Source: Rhina ancylostomus (taxonomy: Eukaryota). Taken from it: a stretch of DNA of 64,000 nucleotides. Under the pieces are notes generated by a model. It saw only the letters and a program-made list of their open reading frames with translations. It had not been told where the DNA came from and ran no database searches. The position numbers were made by a program, and so were the translations under genes. The DNA is taken from contig JARFYF010000012.1 in NCBI GenBank assembly GCA_030265395.1, forward strand, positions 12,872,741 to 12,936,740, in the 5' to 3' direction. Shown here one piece after another: positions 24,095-37,384 of the stretch; position 1 is the first letter of the stretch, and each line of letters starts with the position of its first letter.

Positions 24095-24905
24095 AGCCTG
24101 TCATGGCACCACATATAGCACAGACAGAGGCCATTCGGCTCAGTGTTTTTGTACTGGTGGGAAAGGAGTTACCCAACCTAATCCCATTTCCCCGAACCCT
24201 ACAGGTGACGGCTCCTCAATAATGCATTTTAAATGTGACGAGTCCTTCTGCCTCTACCAGCCTCCCAGCCGGCGAGGTTCAGAACCCTTAGACCTTCTGG
24301 GTGGAAAATAAATTCCTCATCTCCCCTCTAATCCTGTGACCAATTACTTTAAATCCATGTTCCTTTATTTTTGACCCATCTGCTAACAAAAATGGGTTCC
24401 TTCCATTTATTTGATCTAGGCCCCTGATTATATTGTGCACCTCAATCCAATCTCCCAAAGCGTCGACCATTCCTTTGCCTCCGCACAATCTGCTTGACCC
24501 ACTTTCGCTCCAGATTTCCAGCATCCGCAGTCTCTTGTGTCTCGGCCCAATCTTCCTTCAGCTTCCTCTGCTCCAAAGAAAATCAGCCCGGGCTCTGTTT
24601 TTGTTTCGTAGCAAAAATTTTCTAATCCTGGCAATTTCCTCATACATCTCCTCTTCACTTTCTTCAGTGCAATCAGATCTTCCCTGTAATGTGGTGACCC
24701 GAACCATCCGTAGGACTCTCGCTGTGGCCTAACCATTGTTGTCTACAATTCAAGTATAACCTCCTTGCTCCTATGTTCTAAGACTAGGCTAATTAAAAAG
24801 AAACATCCCTTTTACTCTTTAAATCATTTTATCGCCCTAACCCGCCACCTAAGGATCTATAGACACCGTCTCCAAGGTCCTTATGTTCCGCCACACCTCT
24901 CTGGT
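24095..24905 (-). mobile_element. CR1 LINE fragment
   Basis: MVRPQRE...FGSPHYREDLIALKKVKRRCMRKLPGLENFCYE and IIRGLDQ...SKIKEHGFKVIGHRIRGEMRNLFSTQKV are degenerate CR1 ORF2 C-terminal motifs. Confidence 0.85.
24457..24546 (+). mobile_element. Penelope-like terminal fragment nested in CR1, with imperfect 10-bp target-site duplication
   Basis: gcgtcgacc...gctccagatttccagcatccgcagtctcttgtgtctc matches the reverse complement of 56848-56950. Flanked by CCAATCTCCC (24447-24456) and CCAATCTTCC (24547-24556). Confidence 0.7.
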
Positions 24906-25421
24906 ACAAAAGATTCACACCAAATCGGGTTAACAACGCCGAAATGCAAGGAATAATCCCGACAACCAAATTATCCAAAAAAAAAAGTTTCATACATTGC
25001 GATTTTACTGCTTAAGACAATTCTTAGCAGTAAAAGTTATGCATTGCCACTGTTATCATTACAGGTTATCGTCTATTTATTTTTTGCATGTATCATTTAA
25101 ACATTAAATTACGTTGCAGAGGAAATGACTAATTTTATCAAATATTTTTTAGGCATAGAGGTGCATCCCATTCACTGTTGCATTGATGTGTTAATGTGGT
25201 AAGGGAGTAGTTTTATTAATTATTATTGTCGAGGAAGAACACAATCCCAAACCACATTCTCATCTTAATGTCCATTAAATTATTGTGCGTGTCTTTAGTT
25301 TTAAAGTCACATATTTTCTATTGTGTCGAGGTAATGTGTTTTTCAGTCTGAAGTTAAAATAACTGAAGTGCTTTTATATCTGCAGCGCTGGACGGCTTCT
25401 CTGTTAATATATTTGTGCAGA

Positions 25422-25436
25422 CTGCCACCTAGTGGT
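25422..25436 (-). promoter_or_regulatory. CTCF-binding motif
   Basis: Minus strand ACCACTAGGTGGCAG matches the CTCF core CCASYAGRKGGCRS perfectly. Confidence 0.65.
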
Positions 25437-26039
25437 TTATTATTTTAAATCCTGCTAACAATGATCAGTCAACACATACCTGATCAAGTTAAAATATACT
25501 GATGCACCCAGAATGTGTTCACATATTTATCATGTCATTCACAATGTAATTCCATATCATTCCGGAAGTCCTGTATCTTTCGTGAGCAGGTTATATGTAT
25601 AGTAGTAGTCAAGACTATAAAGCAAAAGTGCATTTTATTTCTTTTAGTCAACTGTGATTGTGGAAGATTCATGAATCCATTTGGAAAAAAAAAATCGCCG
25701 ATTTCTTTATCCCTTGTATCTGTCACTCGCTCTTCAAAATACAGTCACACATCACGGGTGTTATTCGGTTGTCTTTCTTTGGAACCCTGGATAGTTGAAA
25801 TTCCTCTTCATTGTGCGACCTCAATGTAAATAATTATTTGATCGTCTTCCTCAGCTTTATCGTGCTTTGTGTTTCACTGATAAGATAGAAGTTTGTGCTG
25901 AGACTAGCAAATCAATTTTTATGTTGAAAGAATACAGTGGAGGTATTTGGAAAGATCAGGAAAACTTCAAGGTTCGTCACGAACATACAACCAAACCGCG
26001 TGTTCACTCAATGATTTTTTTAAAATGTATACGTGAAAT

Positions 26040-26152
26040 AAAACCAGACAATGCTGTAAACACCCTGCAGGTCAGGCAGAATCTGTGGACGGGAAACAGT
26101 TAACATTTCAGGTTGAAGACACCCATTGAGTGTCATGAGCATTTTCTGTTTT
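26040..26152. mobile_element. Penelope-like terminal repeat remnant
   Basis: aatgctg.aaacac.c.gcaggtcaggcag.atctgtgga...aaacagttaacatttcaggt, same family as 51092-51210. Confidence 0.5.
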
Positions 26153-28659
26153 AGTTAACTATTCGTTTAAACTGGTTTTGTATTGTATAAGGATTCAGAT
26201 TAATATATCTACCAAATATTTCGGTGCGTATTTTAATAATTCCTCAAGGGTAGATTTAATGTTTCGCTTCGTAAATCAAAACAAAATGATGCCTTTATGT
26301 GTGCCAATAGTTCAGTTCCTTGTCGACAGGAACAATCAACAGGTGCTGCTTACGAAAACACAGTGGTTGCCCGATTACGTGTTTGACTACATTTCATTAC
26401 CACAACCTGCCAAATGCTACAGAACTCTTCAACATACACGTTGCACTTAATTTAATTCATTTGGCGATGTAAACGTTTGTCACATCAGCCAGGGAAAGTA
26501 AAGTTTGTTCTAGACTCTTGCATTCTAATCAAAAGCGTTGGTGAAATATTTTCCAACCTGCAATGCTCTGATTTTTTTGAATGTTGATGATACCCTTTTT
26601 TAGGTTAACCCAGTAGCGACGGCTTCATAATGGTTTCAAAGAAAGTATTGATGGCGAAAACAGCATGAAAAAGCGTACAGTTTCAGTGCACGTGGCTATC
26701 CAATGTGATCTTAACTACTGGGACTCTGCATGTATCTGTGTGCGCTGGGATTGGTATAAAATTAACTTACTTTCACCATATCCAACATGCGCAACGCTTT
26801 GCTGGAAAGTCGGTTAATATATATAAAAAAAGAGGTGGTTTTGCAATGCCAAATTATGAGCGTCATGTGCAACAACCGGGTGATATGGTGTCCGTTTCAC
26901 CACATAATGAAATCCAGCAAAGTGAGGAGCGGAGAGCAGTGCCGCAAAATGCTTCCAATTATAGCACTTCGAAACAGTTTCACACAGCTTTCACTGCAAA
27001 CTTCCCAATTCCCAAAGCATGTCCGTGAGAAGGCAAGGATAGTCATGCGTAGAATGGCCACGTCTTTTTAGCAGAGTGATCAGTGTGCATATTTAAAAAT
27101 CATTATTAGTTTGCACGGTTCTCCAGAAGACTGGGAGATTACGTAAGTAACCACTTTAACTGACAGTGCAGCGCAAAAATGCTGCAAAGATCCGCTTGTC
27201 TGCGTCTAGATTGAATTAAACATGACATATTGTTAACCAAACTTACGTTGTTCAGGACGTGTACAACGCGGCGCTGACAAGGGGCGAATATCTCCTGTCT
27301 TTCTGACGCTCTTTCAACTAAATACCTGCACGACTGACTATAGCTAGAGCAAGACATTAAACGTAATTAGAAATGACGCTTTAATAAAACAGGACACTCG
27401 TCGGTATCCAACAATATTGACAGCGTAATTATGTTTTAGAAACACTGTAAAGTTGAAGGATTTTTGTCTGTCAGAACCAGTATTATCTAGCATTATTGTT
27501 CATCTCTCCCTCTCTCTCTCTCTGCATTTTGTATCGAGAGAACCTACTTGGAAAAGTTTGTTTGATCTTATTTGCACCTTAATCCTACGATGTGATAATT
27601 TGGGAACTCAGCCTAATGCGGAGGTGGGACTTTGATCTCCTGCGAATTTTAACCAGTCTGTCCCTTCTTGTACAGCCCTTTATACCTTGTTGGAGAAATT
27701 CTCAGGTTTACTTCCCAAGCAGAATCCCGATTTGCTTTTAGTTAAATGTTTTTTTTTAAATTGCTCCTTCAGTACTCAACAAGCAGAATTGAGCGAAGAG
27801 CGACTGCATATCAGTCCCGCCAACGCGTGAAGGAGCGACGAAACGTGTTCACTATAAACAACCTGTTCGCAGTGCTAGAGAGCAGAGTTAATACCAACAT
27901 TCTCCCCTCCTTTAACATGTCGGTGCGTTTCTCGAGGTTTTAAAATACTGTCCAACAGTTTAAGTATTCAGAAACTCTTCCCGAAGTGGGCATAGAAACT
28001 AATGCGCTGTTTAACATTGACTGGTGATCGGGACTTTGTCGATAGCACCCTTTTAAAAAATAACGCTTTCTTAAGACTGTAAAATTGATTGGGCTAACCT
28101 TCTACCTCAAGGAAACAGATTGCAATTTACTTGATGTCATTTTAAACGTAAATGTTTAACACCTACTTCAATGCATGCGGTAAATATGGTTTAACTATGG
28201 ACCATTCGCTTGCAGCCAATCGGCTAATCTCGACAAAATGAGCCAACATGCCTGATGATTAGTCAAAAGAAATAGTCTCCTGGAGGAGATTAATTATTCC
28301 AAGTTGGCCAGATCTTCTTTGAATAGTTATTGCAACATCCTGTGGCCAGAAATCAAATTTGATATTTTAACTAAAGATTATTGGATTATCCAGTATTGTC
28401 TTGAATATTGCTTTCGTTGGAAAGAGTTTCCAATTAGCCCGCTATTAAAAGCACGGAATCCATGGCGTTATCTCCTCATACAAGGCTGAGTGCAATAACC
28501 GCTAAATAAAAACAAACCTTCATGCACTCATCAACCTCCGTATCAGTTTAGTAATATGGAGGTCCGACTTAAAATAGTCAAAATACGTGGCTCCACAACA
28601 GTGAGGTGAAAATACATCGCAGTTCTTTCGCAATATCGAAGTAACCTATGTTTAACTAA

Positions 28660-28742
28660 CGTCTTTCATGACTTTAGGATGTCCCAAAGCACTTCACAGC
28701 CAATTCAATATTTTAGTAATCTGGTAAATAGGGCAGGCAGCC
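28660..28742 (-). mobile_element. Deu-domain SINE (SacSINE1-like) 3' tail remnant
   Basis: ctttcatgactttaggatgtcccaaagcacttcacagccaat resembles the reverse complement of the DeuSINE/L2-type tail attggctgt.aag.gctttgggac.tcct (recalled consensus). Confidence 0.5.
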
Positions 28743-31700
28743 CTATTCTTTCAGTTTAATCCATACTATTTCCACTCTTTACATCGACTATTGTTTAATT
28801 TCTGATTATTATGGTCATACCAAGAGGAACATTCTTGTAGCTGTAGGCTACTGAGTTAGTGGAACTGTTTCATCAGGTACAGATGATCAATGCCTCTTTC
28901 TATCGTCGTTATTTGGTTTCCCTGCCCCCACGTAGCTGGTGAAAGGTGTCCACAAATCATTTGGGGAGCCTGAAAGTAACCTTTCCTGGGATGCCCTGGG
29001 GTTCACATACCATTTCCCATGGATTTACGGCATCCTAGCCTACAATATTCCGACTGCTTTCCGAGCATGACATTTGGACATTGGTGGAGATAGACTGAAA
29101 TATTAACACAATGGAAACTGTATCACCTTCAAAGTAGAATTCCAGGATTATCTGTTTGAATAAATAAAACCACGGAATTTATCATTTGCACCTATCTTCA
29201 ATGAAAAGTTTCTTTCAACATTGGTTTTCCTTAATAAAAATCTATGAGAGGCATTTTTAACCTAGTAGGACATGTTTATTACTTGAAATACCATGGTATC
29301 TATATATCTTCCAAGCGCACCAATAGCTTACCCGTCCCCTTCCTGTCTTGCCATGTGATAAAGGCACGGTTGAGCTTGCCCGATCAGTTTTGACTGGAAT
29401 CATCTAACCACCTTACAGATATTAATAAGCACCTTATTTCGATCTTATGGAGAACTGCCCTAATTATACCTCAGATATCATTAAACCAATTCGCCACGAG
29501 CAGAGTAAACAACAATTTCAATTGCAGTAAATTGTCGTCATGAATATGGTGACACCTGCGGATATTACTTAGGACACAGTGTTCATGGCGTAATGCTTTT
29601 GCTCCCTCGGCCAGAAAAGTGCGTCAAATTCTTTATAACAGGACACTGTTCTAATTCTATGGCCTGTTTATGAAGTAATTCAAACTAAAATCCATAATGA
29701 CCACGTCGTTTGGAACGATAAGTCTATTAGGAAATAAAGTTTGTTTCAGTAATTGAAAATGAAAGATTTCTTCTCTCATCTAGACATTCTCACTTTAAAG
29801 CAGCAATTGCCTTCATGGCTTTTAATATGGTTACTTGGAACATTTTTCAACTTAACCTTAAGATACTTGAATGGTAACAATAAATAGAGGCCTTGAAGCG
29901 GTACCTGGTGTAGATCAGAGGCCTTCAAAGCTCTCTATGATGTGAGGCTGAAAACGATTCTGTTGTGTGGTTGGTGCAGTCCCCGGATTTACACTTACAG
30001 ATCAGGCCAATTCTTTTGTCAAATGAAACTTTTGGACTAGAAGAACTATTGTTACACGCAATGCACATCCAATGCTTAGTTGAGTGCCGGACTAAATATA
30101 CCTTTTTCATTTCCCCACTAGTTTCTTAATAATAATAATCAGCATTAAACTAATAGTCTATGGAATTAATTGTAAGAGCAACCCGAAAGGAAATGAGCGC
30201 AGAAGAATACAATTTAGCTAATTTTCAAATGAGAGCTAGTAAATGACTGAATAATTTTTCATAGAACACTTCATGGGCAAAGTGTATTTGAAAATATAAC
30301 TATTCGACCAAATGAAACAAGAAATCATTTGTTCCTTCCGCAGTACCTTATTCAGAATGGACAAGTTAGGTTGTGGGCGCGTGTGATCTCTGCACGACAG
30401 AATTTTGCATATGATTGTCAGCCATCTATGCGCAACGTGACAAATCTCTAATGTTGTTGGTGTGCCTGATTATCGGTGTGTGATTAAATAAAAATGGTAC
30501 ATGAAGTTTGTATGTGTACGTTTATATAGCAGTGATCCTGTAGGTAAGGAGCAGTGTGCATTTGTATCATCGTGCGTTTATATATTTGTGTGACATTCAT
30601 TGTAACTTTTCCCTCCTATGAGGAGACAGCTGTGTCCAAGTTGTTGGAACCTCTCTGGGTGGCAATGAAGGTAGATTTAATCAGTCACATCCTTTCAGAG
30701 ATTTTAAAAGGATTATTGTAGTCTTGATTTTGTATGAAACTGTGGTCACAAATGGTTAATTAATAGGCCCTATTTCCACCTGTTTTAGTATGAACAATAA
30801 CCTGAAAAGGTGCGGCTTGCATTACTTTGTAAAATGTTACGCGCTTCATGTCCTTTAATTAACACTCTTTATACCTACAGATTGACATTGAAAGACATGC
30901 AATTTATTATGGAAACAAATATCAATCGATCTCAGCACCACTAGCGAGGAGATGAGTAAGTTTACATCAATGATTCAAAACCTCCAGATAGTTTATACAG
31001 CATTTGATATTGGTTAGTTATGTATTGTTCAATATTAACTGCAGAGTACAAACTGCAGTGTGAGCAACTTTGCATCCTAAGTGATATAGAAATAATCCAG
31101 TATGTCTGATGGAGAGATTGAATATTGAAAAGACGAGAATAAAAAGTGTTAAACGTCTCCCGCCAAAACCAGTACAGTCCCGAACTTTGGATGAGTGAGT
31201 GGCATATAAGGCTTGTGAAACTGATGTCCACCAACCCGGTCAATTTCATTCCAACCCTTGGTCAATTTAGTCAGGCCGTTGCCAGTGTCTGCACCTGTCA
31301 ACGTTACAAGAAAAACTGCAAATTATTCGTCATGATGAAATGACGAGTGGATAGTTTGCAGTGAGGGCATTCACACGAGCCAATGTCTGTAGCAATTAAA
31401 ACGATAGTTTCAAATGCACATTTATCCGAGGAGTTAACCTTCCAGGTTTCGGAATTCTGCTAATTTGGCAGCTGGAAGCATAGTTCTCCCAGGCTGCACT
31501 AACAACACTTCTCAAGTCTGAAAAAGAATGTTGCCCGGTAAAATAACGAACTGCTTGTTTCGTAGCGAATGACGGCGATTCATCTAACGTTGCTTTCCAC
31601 GATTAACATCCATATTGCATTCCACGCTATGTTATTACATGGAACAATAACCATAGAAACTTTTTGCCATAATGGAATGCAAATTTGGTTCGCCACACTC

Positions 31701-33823
31701 CAATGGTTTCCCACATGTCTGAACTCTTCAGAAATATGTAAAAAGTCTTTGCAATGGAACACCCCCAAAAAATGTACCAACCTCAGGAAGAACCCCCTGA
31801 CCTGTTTTATTTTACTCGCCCCCTATCATGTGTAATAACTACTCCATGTACATCGTGATTGGTGACCCTTCTCCTAATCACTTGGGACCATTTGGAGTTC
31901 AATTGAGCTATGCGGTCTGCATGCCGTGCCTGTGGTGTATTGCCGTTGCTTACATTTTAACTTATTGCATGGAGGTTTATGTTTAAGTTAGTCACTTTGA
32001 TTATAATTTAAATTTCACCTGGGGTGGGGGGTTGTTTGTCAGTCAATACTGGCCAGGCACTCGCGATGGGCGAGTATGTCCGTTGTGCACAGTGCCACTC
32101 TACTGGCCAATGTACCTACATGAAAATAACTGCAGGTAGAAGGCGAGGAATGGGCGGGCACATTTATCTGTGCAAGTGAAGTAAAGCTCTCTGCTTCATT
32201 TGGAACTCTCGACGGGGAGACCCTACAATCAAACTCCCGTCACAATAAATGTTATCATACAGCTCCGGGACCTTTATTGGTATATAGATGTAAATTGTAA
32301 CTCCGTGAGAGACAGCATAAAAGACCTGCGTGGTGGGACAAACGGNNNNNNNNNNNNNNNNNNNNNNNNNNNNNNNNNNNNNNNNNNNNNNNNNNNNNNN
32401 NNNNNNNNNNNNNNNNNNNNNNNNNNNNNNNNNNNNNNNNNNNNNCGTGGTGGGAAAAACGGGAGATCCTTCTGCGAGGAAGGAAAGCGGAATATTAATG
32501 CAAAAGTGAACCGGTTCCAATTCATGAAATCGTTGAACCCTGATAAGACTTTTCTTGGTCGCCATGTGTGCAAACTACTTTTTGTTTTAATTTATTCAAA
32601 TACTATTGAGCGGGTTTTACTTTGCACAGTCTGTGGCATGTCACACGCACAGCCCTCTCTACTTACATGTACAGTAATTATTAACATATGTCCTCATTGT
32701 CTGTACTTGGAAAGGCACCACGCCAGAAACAGCGTTTCTTTTACCCCATGGCTACACTTCCTATTAATTGTATTTCCTCTGCCTTTCTGGGCTTAATTTA
32801 ACATTCAATCCACAGTAACTCTGTCATTTATTTCAAATGGGATTGACCTAAACGTTCACATCAAAGATTTTGTTTTGCAATTGAAGGACAATAGAACAAA
32901 TGTGCAATCAGCGTTCAACGTTGGGAAACCATGCTTCAATATAGTCGTGTTTTGTTTTGTACTTTTTGGTGACAGATAAATGCTGTGGAGCATTATTACG
33001 CAATGCTAGCGAATGTCTTCAGACAGCAAACGAATTCCGTGTAGCCTTTGACTGCGGTTTAATGGCACTCGAAGGTGTGCTGCTGGATCTCATTTCATCG
33101 CCTTCGTTTTCCTCCCTCGCGTATGCAATGCAGCTGCACTGGGAGTGTCTTTAGGTAGCTTACCTGTCACTTTGATGGAATTAAATGCAAAGTTGGTTGT
33201 TATTTCAGAACATCAGAGGATAAAACGAGACATCTTGGCTCTCTCGGAAATTTGTGCTACAATTGAACTTTGTAGACCTGCCATCGATCAGTAATCCACT
33301 GTAAAGCAATTGGTTAGAATTGAATTTCTTTTTTGCTATTTCTTTTTACTTCACACCAATAACATCTTTGCACCCCAGCCCCCCTCTGTTGTGTTCACCT
33401 TACGAACACAACAGCGCGTTTGTACATTGAAGGAGGTGTGAAAGTGCGTTCTTTAAGAGTGATTACGATTACGATTGTGCGAGAAAGAACATGCCCAAGT
33501 GTCAGTTTATGTTTAATGGCAAGCGTGGATGTGGGTGTAAACCTGCTGTGACTGACCCTGTATGTATGAGAGAAAGAGAGACAGAGAGTAATGAGGAAAT
33601 TTGGAACAAAAGCGGAAATGCTAGAAATGTTCAATAAATCAAGCAGCATCTGCGGAGGGAGTCACTGCATAAACGCTGTAATTGCAAAGTAGTGCAATAG
33701 TTGGCTATTTCACTTTATTCAGAATTTCCAGCCGGGAATTAAACTCGACGAAACTTCAAGAGGAATCAAGCCCTTTTATTTCCACACCACATAAGTTTGC
33801 TTGCACACTGAATTTGGGATGTA

Positions 33824-33876
33824 ATTTCCCGCCATAGATGCTGCCTGGCCTGCTGAGTTCCTCCAGCATTTTGTGT
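33824..33876. mobile_element. Penelope-like terminal repeat remnant
   Basis: ccatagatgctgcctggcctgctgagttcctccagcattttgtgt; an opposite-orientation remnant lies at about 33603-33660. Confidence 0.6.
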
Positions 33877-33966
33877 TAGTTCCCCCTGTAAGTGTTTGTA
33901 ATTCTCCGTGTGAATGTCCGAGGGTGTGTCTGCCGTTCACGTTGCTGCAGTCTTAAGTGTGAGTAA

Positions 33967-33967
<1 letters not shown>

Positions 33968-34006
<39 letters not shown>
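33968..34006 (+). repeat. (TG)n microsatellite
   Basis: Directly visible. Confidence 0.95.
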
Positions 34007-34007
<1 letters not shown>

Positions 34008-37000
34008 TTGCTCTCTCTCACACATATATAGTGATTTCATTGCGCTCAAGTGCAAGGGATCGATAACACTGACCAATTTGAACAAGAAAAGAATGCCAAC
34101 ACAGCAAATAAAAAAAACAGCGCCGACACCTCATGTAGTTGTGGTGTTCGTTAAAGAGCAAAATCAAATCATGTCCTTGCAGGAAGAATAACAAGCACTT
34201 GCAAGAAAGTATTCAGCGTACAACTCTGACAGGCGGTTCTTCAATGTCTTTATTAAACTATAGCATGGAACAATAAATAATCACGGGCTTATTTCTTTTT
34301 TTCCAAAAAAAAAGGCAGAACCCCAGATTTGAATTAGCCTTGTGATTTCTACCTTACAGATAACGCTTTTCCTTCTTATTGGCGCGGGTCGACCACAAAG
34401 GACTGGCTACTGCTAATTACCTCTGATCTTCGCTGCAAAAGAAATTCTCAAAGCTAGCTCTAAATCAGTTGCGGGACAATTTGCATCATTTTAATAAATC
34501 ACTTCTACTTGGAAGAATAAGGTGCCTTAACGAGCAAACTTGGGTCATCGCGGCACACCACAACTTAATGTCGGAAAGAATGTCAGAGGGATAATCGAGA
34601 AGAAAGATCAAAGATAAACGCAAAACAAATTACACTCAGGAAAAGGCACATTTCATACATCTAGGTCTTATAGTTAATTGCATGCTCTAATCTTCATGGC
34701 AGTTTATCTTCATCTCAACTATTGGAAGAGTCCAATCTGAACCAGCAACGAAAACGTAATGAACCAAAATATGAAAACACAGAGAGTCTGACAACATTGA
34801 AGGGTTCTGCCGTCTTTTTTTCCCCGTTGGGTTTCGAGTTAGAATCATCGACCTTCTGGGGAACCACAAATGGCAGCAACTCCAGCANNNNNNNNNNNNN
34901 NNNNNNNNNNNNNNNNNNNNNNNNNNNNNNNNNNNNNNNNNNNNNNNNNNNNNNNNNNNNNNNNNNNNNNNNNNNNNNNNNNNNNNNCACCACTGGCAGC
35001 ACCTCCAGCAACCCAGCACCGCCCCAGCCGCTCCTGGGCAATGTGTCCCCCACTCCCCCCCCCCCCCCCCCCCAGCTGCGATCCCTCTGGTAGTTGGGAA
35101 GGTTAAAGATAAAGCTTCCAGAAAACCTGTTCTCAAAATCTTGGAACAGTTCTCCCGCGGAGTTTGCAATATGTCCCAGCACATCTGCCGCGCCTATGAC
35201 GGAGACACTGCGTACAGAATTACCCCTGCAGTCCACTTTAAATTATTCTCTGTCCCAGGTTGATTCACTTCTCGCGACTCCAGCGGCCTGCAGAAAGATT
35301 TCCGCTAATTCTTTCCACAAGTGGCACACAAGGTAACGAATTCCCCTTCGTTTTTTGACTCCAATTCAGCAAAAGTAACCCAAACTTTAGGAAGCTGCGG
35401 CGTACAAATGACACCCATGTTTTCGTCTAACAAAATATAAATGTCCACGCGTTAGATTCTCCCGGAAGTTTGTGCAATCGGTGCACCAAATATTCTGGTA
35501 AAGCATACTTAATGCATAGACTGTGCAAAGCATCTATAGGTCACCGCACATCATAGATTTGAAGAATTATTTTATTGCACACGACGTGAAGGTCCTAGGG
35601 ACTTTGCTCAGCCTTGGCGTATTAGAAATGTATTTCCAGTTGGGACTGATCAGTTAAAGAAATGTTTTTCAGTCGAGAGTCCGACAAGAGCTATATGTTT
35701 TTCTGCGTGCCTCCAAAACAAGCGAGAAGCAAAATGGAACGAATTGGAGGCGGAACATTTGGAACGGTTGAGCTAAGGCTCGACATGCATTGGGGGTGGT
35801 GGAGAGGAGGGAGAAATGTTTTAGCCCGCGAATGCAGTACGATTTACGAAACGCCGGGCACATAATACAGTTTGAAATAATTTATTCGTAAGAAAATAAG
35901 AAATTGGACAAGGAGGACAGTGTTTGTCTCCTCGCCTCTGTTCTCTCGTTCAATAAGGTCAAGGCTGATCGTTTACCTCAGCGCCACTAACCCGCACTAA
36001 CCCCATATCCCAGTGTATCCAGAAAATCTGTCGGTCTCTGCCTGACTGAATAGAACATTGTGGTAACTATTCTGCCGTCGCAAACTCTCAGGATTATTTT
36101 TGGTGCAAAGTATATATTTTTAACTTCAACATTTTTTCTCGTCATTATTTAGGTGTGGATATTAGTACCGTCGAGTCAATGGAGAACGCATAACCAGGAA
36201 CAAGGCCATTCTGGGCTTCCACAAGAAGGTTTGAACTCATCTCTTTCTACCGCCATTGCCGCGCCTTTGTCGANNNNNNNNNNNNNNNNNNNNNNNNNNN
36301 NNNNNNNNNNNNNNNNNNNNCTTGTCCCGAGTGACGACCTTTTCCTTAAAGAAACGGACAATTTTTACTATAGTCTTCCATGTGCTTTTTATCAAACGCT
36401 TGTAGTTTAAATATATGATTTAAGATCCCTACAGTCTGCACGTTTGTTCGTTTACTGAGAAGAGGTAGTTCTCAAGGAAAAAAAAGACTTGCAGCTCCAA
36501 TTGCAGAAGTGTTACTGAATATTGCCAAAAAGAAATGCGTCTTGTAATGAGATTTTTCTGATTCAGATTTGCCAATACGTCTTGTTTGTTTGATAATTTT
36601 AGACAAGGACGGTGGTTGTATTTTGATCATCATGGAGCTTGAACGGTGCTCCTCCTTCCCCCCTTTTTTTGTCAAGGAAATGTTTTAAGAATTGTGCCAT
36701 GTCACACATGGATTATCAATCCCTGTGCAGGCTTCCACGTTTGCACCAGCATTACTGAAGTGGGAAATGGTTATATTTTTCCCTACGTTATCCAATGCGG
36801 CCACGCACGGATTTTGTTGTATTTGAAGTAGTGTATCTGAAACTGCTTTGGGGTTGATAATTTCATTGGATGATTGGAGAATGGAGGGTCGTCGTCAATT
36901 CTCAGCTAGTAATATTAACGATAATGGCTTATATCGGGGCACAATATGGGTCACTTGTAAAAAAATCAGATCATCACAAGCAAAGACACTGGATATTGGA

Positions 37001-37310
37001 ATTTCTTTGCGTTTCAGAACACAGCTACAATAAACGATCTCACCAGTAATAGTGTGGTATCATGTAACATTCTTAAAACGTTATTGATCATTCATTTAAA
37101 CAGCATAGCGGAACATTGTAATAATTCAAATCTTGCACGGGAGATGTTGCAATGTATCAACAGATGCATTTTTTTATCAGCATCTTTGTTGGCAGGGAGC
37201 ATCCGAAACTCGAATCCACCAAAGATGCAAAGGAAGAGGAACAAGAGATTATAAAGCATCTGTCCATTAAGTGCAGCATCAGTTTGGTCGTAAAGGCATG
37301 GTAGCAGAAA

Positions 37311-37313
<3 letters not shown>

Positions 37314-37384
<71 letters not shown>
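37314..37384 (+). repeat. Compound (AC)n(AT)n microsatellite
   Basis: Directly visible. Confidence 0.95.

Noticed and set aside
32164-32796. 198-aa and 133-aa ORFs
   Set aside because: Their length depends on translating through a 100-N gap; no homology recognised.
34687-35336. 123-173 aa Pro/Gly-rich ORFs
   Set aside because: They span a 100-N gap and a poly-C run; low-complexity artefacts.
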